The notes under the pieces are model-generated. The model made no database searches and had not been told where the DNA came from. It saw only the letters and a program-made list of their open reading frames with translations. This document shows, piece by piece, positions 57,873-64,000 of a DNA stretch of 64,000 bases. The translations under genes and the position numbers were made by a program. Numbering within the stretch: position 1 is the stretch's first letter; the number at the start of each line of letters is the position of its first letter. This stretch comes from Macrostomum lignano (taxonomy: Eukaryota), in assembly GCA_002269645.1 (NCBI GenBank), contig NIVC01002760.1:1-64000 (forward strand), in the 5' to 3' direction.

Positions 57873-59719
57873 TAGTGGCGTAGCCATGATTTTTTTTTGG
57901 GGGGGAGGGCCGCGGCTCTGGGGGGCGCCATTATTCGCGAGAGGGGGCGCCATTACCAGGGGCACCAACTTTGTATGACTCTCAAAACTAGCTTGTATTT
58001 CCCGATAGATCACATTTTTTCTGGTTTAAGGGGTACTCCACCATGGAAGCCACCGAAATTTATTTGATCAGCCTGCACTTTAAGCTCAAATAGTCGACAT
58101 ATCTCGCATAGAAAACTATACGAGCGAATGTTGGCCTTTCGAATCAGGTGCCTCTTACAGGAGCAATTTTAATCGACGGGGCGCCATCAAAGCACTGAGC
58201 CACGCATCGCGTAAGGTCAAGTCCAATCGCCTCCAACCGACGAAAAATTGCTTCTCACCACTAAGCCGAACATCTTCCCATGAGTCGGTGCTGCCAGTAA
58301 TTTCAGACACAAGCTCTAGCTTTAAGACGGGGTCGTCATTCCGCTGCACAGAGCCGTCAGCGGCGACGGACAGGTTTATGAACTCGCAGGATGATCTTCT
58401 CTGTCAGCAGCTTTAAGGCTACATCATCTTGTCTTTCAGCAGCTTCAAGGCTACATCGAGGACTTCGTTCTGGATCTGTGGAGAAAGATAAGAAGCATTG
58501 GCAGCTGCGTGACTCACATGGTTTACACGATCAGCATCGCCACCTCGAGCTCGGTAACGCAACAGCGCGCGAAAGTTCCCATCGTTCATTTCAGACTCGC
58601 CACCATCTAACAAAAGTGGCTGTTTCTCCCTGCGATGACCTCGGAGTGCGATGTTCTGGCGAGCACATGTCAGGATGGAGTCAATATAAATTGGTATTAG
58701 ACCTGCTCGATTTCTTCGTGATCTCCTGCTGCCTTGCGGTTATAAGCTGCGATCGGATGCCCTGGTCTTTTTCTCCATTGTGAACGCGTCTTTCAAACTG
58801 CTTCATTTTATTCATAGTTTGCAATATGGTATGCGCTTTTTTTCATGCAGTGAGAGTACACCGTGTTTCCCTGTTAAATCATCAAACCTTTGCAGAGGCA
58901 TCGAAACAAGTGCACGGGCTTTCTGTCCACAACCGACCACCAACTCCAGTGCCCAAGGACAAAAGAACACAAGATGTACAGAATGCACCTTCTAATCCAG
59001 AAATTTTGCTTACCGACAGTCACGGAAAGCAGCTTTCTTTTACATGAATGCCCTTGAACATGGTGAATAGAAAATAAGTAATTCTTTTCATGAATGGGTC
59101 TCCAAGGCTGCAAAAAATAACCTCGTTCCTCACTTGAAAGGATACGCGATTTCTGCACCGCAAGGCCGATATCTCTCACAGCAGATGCTGAATGACAGCT
59201 TGATGACAAAAGTAAGCATGTAGAAGTAGAACCGCGGCTTGGTCACCAGCAGAATGGGCGCCGTCACCAGCAGAATGGGCGCCGTCACCAGCAGAATGGG
59301 CGCCATCACCAGCAGAATGGGCGCCGTCACCAGCAGAATGGGCGCCGTCACCAGCAGAATGGGCGCCATCACTGGCAGAATGGCCGCCATCACTGTCAGA
59401 ATGGCCACCATCACTGGCAGAATGGCCGCCATCACTGGCAGAATGGCCGCCATCACTGGCAGAATGGCCGCCATCACTGGCAGAATGGCTGCCATCACTG
59501 GCAGAATGGCCGCCATCACTGGCAGAATGGCCGCCATCACTGGCAAAATGGCTGCCATCACTGGCACGATCTTTGTCGATTTGCGTTTTTCATCTGGCTT
59601 AAAGTTCTATGGGGCGCCCCCCCCCCCTCTGCCCCGACCCTTGTGCAAGGCGCTGAGCTTTTGTCAGCCGATTGGGGGGGGGGCGGCCCCCCTTGCCCCC
59701 CCCTCTGGCTACGCCCCTG
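57873..59719 (-). mobile_element. Degenerate, internally deleted hAT transposon (ZMYM1/DUF4371-type transposase remnants)
   Basis: GNFRALLRYRARGGD...NASYLSPQIQNEVL (58419-58613). TIR-like ends are AGTGGCGTAGCCA (57874) and TGGCTACGCCCCTG (59706-59719). There are many stops and no matching 8-bp TSD. A second transposase fragment lies at ~57083-57310. Confidence 0.7.
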
Positions 59720-60319
59720 ATAAAACTCCATAGTGCTTTTAGGCATTGTGAAAGTTAGGGTTTATGAAAAGAGCTTGTGAAAGTTTGTGTCTAGCGACAT
59801 TGTGAAATTTAGGGTTTGTGGAAGCGACCCCTTATATTCATGCTTGGAATTGGTTACTAGTGTCAATCTATTAAATTTGGTAGATAAGGCTAAAGTGGTA
59901 CATGACAGTTAAGTATTAACAGTATATATATTGAAAATTGTAAGACTCACATTTTAAACTATTTTTACATTCTCTGTATAATATGTAGTTTAATGTAGTT
60001 TATCAGAGCCTAGTCTAGTTTATTAGGTCCATTTTTCCAAACCTCTTTCCTGGGGTAATATTTGATAATTTGATACGGTACTGTTTTTGTTTTCAGTAAA
60101 CAAATTGGCAAGCAAAAGAAAAGTAAGAAAAGAAATTCTCAAGAAATTGTTCCACTGCTAAATGATCGCCAACACCTGTGGCAGCAGGAGTTCTGCAGTG
60201 TGGCTGTGCTGGACACCGGACCGGACTGCGCGAGCGTGCTGGCTGGTGACGAGCTTGACAGCTCAGCCTGGGCCGATGCGTTGTTGCCAAGTGTTGCCGG
60301 GCTGTTGCTGGGCGAATCC

Positions 60320-60995
60320 TGCTGGCTGTAGCCTATCCCCAGGCTGTGGTTCTCATGCTGACGGAGCTGGGCACTTGCTGGCTGTAGCTTATCCCCAGGC
60401 TGTGGTTCTCATGCTGACGGAGCTGGGCACTTGCTGGCTGTAGCTTATCCCCAGGCTGTGGCTCTCATGCTGACGGAGCTGGCCACTTGCTGGCTGTAGC
60501 TTATCCCCAGGCTGTGGCTCTCATGCTGACGGAGCTGGCCACTTGCTGGCTGTAGCTTATCCCCAGGCTGTGGCTCTCATGCTGACGGAGCTGGCCACTT
60601 GCTGTCTGTAGCTTATCCCCAGGCTGTGGCTCTCATGCTGACGGAGCTGGGCACTTGCTGGCTGTAGCTTATCCCCAGGCTGTGGCTCTCATGCTGACGG
60701 AGCTGGGCACTTGCTGGCTGTAGCTTATCCCCAGGCTGTGGCTCTCATGCTGACGGAGCTGGCCACTTGCTGGCTGTAGCTTATCCCCAGGCTGTGGCTC
60801 TCATGCTGACGGAGCTGGCCACTTGCTGTCTGTAGCTTATCCCCAGGCTGTGGCTCTCATGCTGACGGAGCTGGGCACTTGCTGGCTGTAGCTTATCCCC
60901 AGGCTGTGGCTCTCATGCTGACGGAGCTGGGCACTTGCTGTCTGTAGCTTATCCCCAGGCTGTGGCTCTCATGCTGACGGAGCTGGCCACTTGCG
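60320..60995. repeat. 56-bp minisatellite
   Basis: GCTGGCTGTAGCTTATCCCCAGGCTGTGGCTCTCATGCTGACGGAGCTGG(G/C)CACTT units. Confidence 0.93.
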
Positions 60996-61074
60996 ACAGC
61001 GCTGGCGACCAATCTTGGCCTCAATGGCAGCTGATGGGTGAGCTGCAGCGCCAAAACCAGATCAACAGATTAAG

Positions 61075-61215
61075 CTACCAGCCTCCCAGATCCCTAGATG
61101 AAGCTACGAGCCTCCCAGATCCCTAGAAGAAGCTACGAGCCTCCCAGATCCCTAGATGAAGCTACGAGCCTCCCAGATCCCTAGATGAAGCTACGAGCCT
61201 CCCAGCTCCCTAGAT
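61075..61215. repeat. 29-bp minisatellite
   Basis: GAAGCTACGAGCCTCCCAGATCCCTAGAT units. Confidence 0.9.
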
Positions 61216-62059
61216 TTGCCCCATTCATCCGCAGGCGCGCTTCCCTGGTCAGGTGGCAGCAGCGGGGATTTTATCCCCACAGCTTTTACGGTTATCTCTG
61301 CATCCTCAAGCGGACTGGGCTGGCTCGTGGGCGATGGAGAGGCGGTGCTGCTGGACGCGAGCTGCTGCTTGGTTGAGCGAAGGCTGCTGAACTGCCAGCT
61401 CAGCGGTGCGGTGTCGAGCAGAGCCGATGCCATCCAAGGCGATCCCAGCAGGCACAGAGGTGTGAAAATTGCGGGACTCGAGTCCAGCACTGCCTGGCTG
61501 TGCTGTCGCTGCCATCAAATCCACTGCTGCCTGACTGCCCCAGCTGAAGTCGAGTCAGTGCCGGACACAGTTATTAATATTTATTGCTAAGAATTCAGCA
61601 GTGAGCAGCAGATTGCTGACTGCTGCCTGATTTGGTGCGAGTTCAGACTCAAGGACCGATTGTTGCTATGCCACTTGCTGTCGGCTGACAACTGCGAAGT
61701 CTTGTTGCTATGCTCAAAGATCAGTACTGATCATAAATCATTAACGTCTGGCACCTGTCTGATCAGCCGGTTCCGCTTGAGCCGAGAGTCTGAGCTGCTG
61801 CATCGGTGGGCAGATGTGGTTTGTCTCAGACCCGACCGACTCTTGGCCATAGACAGCGGCAGGCTGCATCAGTTGGAGTACGGCAGCTGGAGCTTCCAGT
61901 GCGCCTGACTGTCCGATTGCTGCAACTGGAGACTGACGTCTTAGCTTCATCGGTTGCTGGTGAACCATTGCCCGATGCAGCTGTGCCTGCTGCCGTGTGC
62001 TTCGGGTGACAGCGGCTTGTGTCTCTGCATTGACTGACTGCAGCTGTTGATCAAGTGCT

Positions 62060-62525
62060 CAGTAAGCCTGAGTTGGTTAAACTGTGCTCAGTAAGCCTGA
62101 GTTGGTTAAGCTGTGCTCAGTAAGCCTGAGTTGGTTAAGCTGTGCTCAGTAAGCCTGAGTTGGTTAAGCTGTGCTCAGTAAGCCTGAGTTGGTTAAACTG
62201 TGCTCAGTAAGCCTGAGTTGGTTCAACTGTGCTCAATAAGTCTGAGTTATTTAAACTGTGCTCAGGAAGCCTGAGTTGGTTAAGCTGTGCTCAGGAAGCC
62301 TGAGTTGGTTAAACTGTGCTCAGTAAGCCTGAGTTGGTTAAACTGTGCTCAGTAAGCCTGAGTTGGTTAAACTGTGCTCAGTAAGCCTGAGTTGGTTAAA
62401 CTGTGCTCAGTAAGCCTGAGTTGGTTAAACTGTGCTCAGTAAGCCTGAGTTGGTTAAACTGTGCTCAGTAAGCCTGAGTTGGTTAAGCTGTGCTCAGTAA
62501 GCCTGAGTTGGTTAAACTGTGCTCA
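62060..62525. repeat. 29-bp minisatellite with an internal CTCAG/CTGAG hairpin
   Basis: CTGTGCTCAGTAAGCCTGAGTTGGTTAA(A/G) units. Confidence 0.93.
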
Positions 62526-62721
62526 CAGATTGTCATTCTGAGTTGGTATCGATTTTTTAATCAATGCAATCTGGAGACTGTGCAGAATGTCATCGAATAA
62601 TTTTGATGGCACGGCAACTCTACAATTATGAGATTATGAGGTCCATGTTTATTGTTAATTTACTTGGATGCCTTTGATTAATTTATAACAAATCGTTCGT
62701 TTAGCATTTAGGCATTGATTT

Positions 62722-63560
62722 AGGTCATAGACAATTGCGGTCATGCTCAGTAGGTCATAGACAATTGCGGTCATACCCAGTAGGTCATAGACAATTGCGG
62801 TCATGCTCAGTAGGTCATAGACAATTGCGGTCATGCTCAGTAGGTCATAGACAAAATCGGTCATGCTCAGTAGGTCATAGACAATATCGGTCATGCTCAG
62901 TAGGTCATAGACAATTGCGGTCATGCTCAGTAGGTCATAGACAATTGCGGTCATGCTCAGTAGGTCATAGACAATTGCGGTCATGCTCAGTAGGTCATAG
63001 AAAATATCGGTCATGCTCAGTAGGTCATAGACAATTGCGGTCATCCTCAGTAGGTCATAGACAATTGCGGTCATGCTCAGTAGGTCATAGACAATTGCGG
63101 TCATACTCAGTAGGTCATAGACAATTGCGGTCATACTCAGTGGGTCATAGACAATTTCGGTCATGCTCAGTAGGTCATAGACAATTGCGGTCATACTCAG
63201 TAGGTCATAGACAATTGCGGTCATGCTCAGTAGGTCATAGACAATTGCGGTCATACTCAGTAGGTCATAGACAATTGCGGTCATACTCAGTGGGTCATAG
63301 ACAATCGCGGTCATACTCAGTAGGTCATAGACAATCGCGGTCATACTCAGTAGGTCATAGACAATTGCGGTAATGCTCAGTAGGTCATAGACAATTGCGG
63401 TCATGCTCAGTAGGTCATAGACAATTGCGGTCATGCTCAGTAGGTCATAGACAATTGCGGTCATGCTCAGTAGGTCATAGACAATATCGGTCATGCTCAG
63501 TAGGTCATAGACAATTGCGGTCATGCTCAGTGGGTCATAGACAATTAGGGTCATACTCAG
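62722..63560. repeat. 30-bp minisatellite
   Basis: TAGGTCATAGACAATTGCGGTCAT(G/A)CTCAG units. Confidence 0.93.
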
Positions 63561-64000
63561 TACATGTAGATCATAGACAATCATGATCACAACTCGTACA
63601 TGTAGGGTAGCTGTGAAGAATCGGTCATAAACAGTAAATGAATTCAACGATCAAAATTAACAATAGCATGAAGCCTACGAACCCCTTTTACCTTCTATTC
63701 TACGCCCTTTCCCCTGATCTTACCCTCACCAGAATCTTACCCGAGTTTCACCAGAATCTCACAAAGATGGGGACAAAGCGACATGACATATGCATGAATT
63801 ATTAATTCTCCGATGCACGCCTGCATGCAGCCTACCAGAAAATTATGATAACTGCTGGATATGAAAGGGTTGAGAGAGAAGAGTAAAGAAGACTGTCATA
63901 TCAAACAGGAAATTCCCATGACTAACAGGAGACTCCCATGTCTAACAGGAGACTCCCATGTCTAACAGCAAAACTGTGCATTCATTTTAAAACCATACTC

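Noticed and set aside
45050-63560. CRISPR arrays
   Set aside because: The repeats are contiguous with no unique spacers, the context is eukaryotic, and there are no cas genes.
13708-63647. Long ORFs over minisatellites (e.g. 13708-14811, 19476-20104, 21337-21801, 24470-24835, 35180-37125, 56375-56980, 57083-57931, 62655-63647)
   Set aside because: They are stop-free translations of tandem repeats with no domain signal.

Overview
Eukaryotic, animal-like genomic DNA. The dense intronic minisatellites and GC-rich exons resemble a flatworm such as Macrostomum, but this is unverified. Bases 1-13628 are the right-hand 13.6 kb of an AT-rich (~35% GC) endogenous Polinton/Maverick-like virus, with all genes on the - strand: PrimPol/PriCT-2/D5 helicase, RING protein, fibre-like protein, adenain protease, minor and major capsid, A32 ATPase, pX-like core protein and integrase. 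The element ends in an AGTAGT-type fold-back. Main discovery: its parvovirus-type PLA2-integrase fusion gene is split exactly in the Ca2+-loop codons (YSFAG|PGT) by an 880-nt subgroup IC1 group I self-splicing intron (12093-12972). The intron carries, in the P2.1 loop, a restriction-enzyme-like PD-(D/E)xK nuclease resembling the Eco47II (GGNCC) family. The ligated exon junction reads GGT|CC, a GGNCC site, and my manual scan found no GGNCC anywhere in the 13.6-kb element. The remaining ~50 kb is host DNA: two MAP3K-like kinases, ankyrin proteins, an M13 peptidase-like gene disrupted by a full-length RNase H-containing LINE with a 5' HDV-like ribozyme and a ubiquitin-like VLRLRGG motif, a 5-kb-exon ankyrin/TRP channel, a PTB-domain gene, two foldback MITEs, hAT remnants and many minisatellites.
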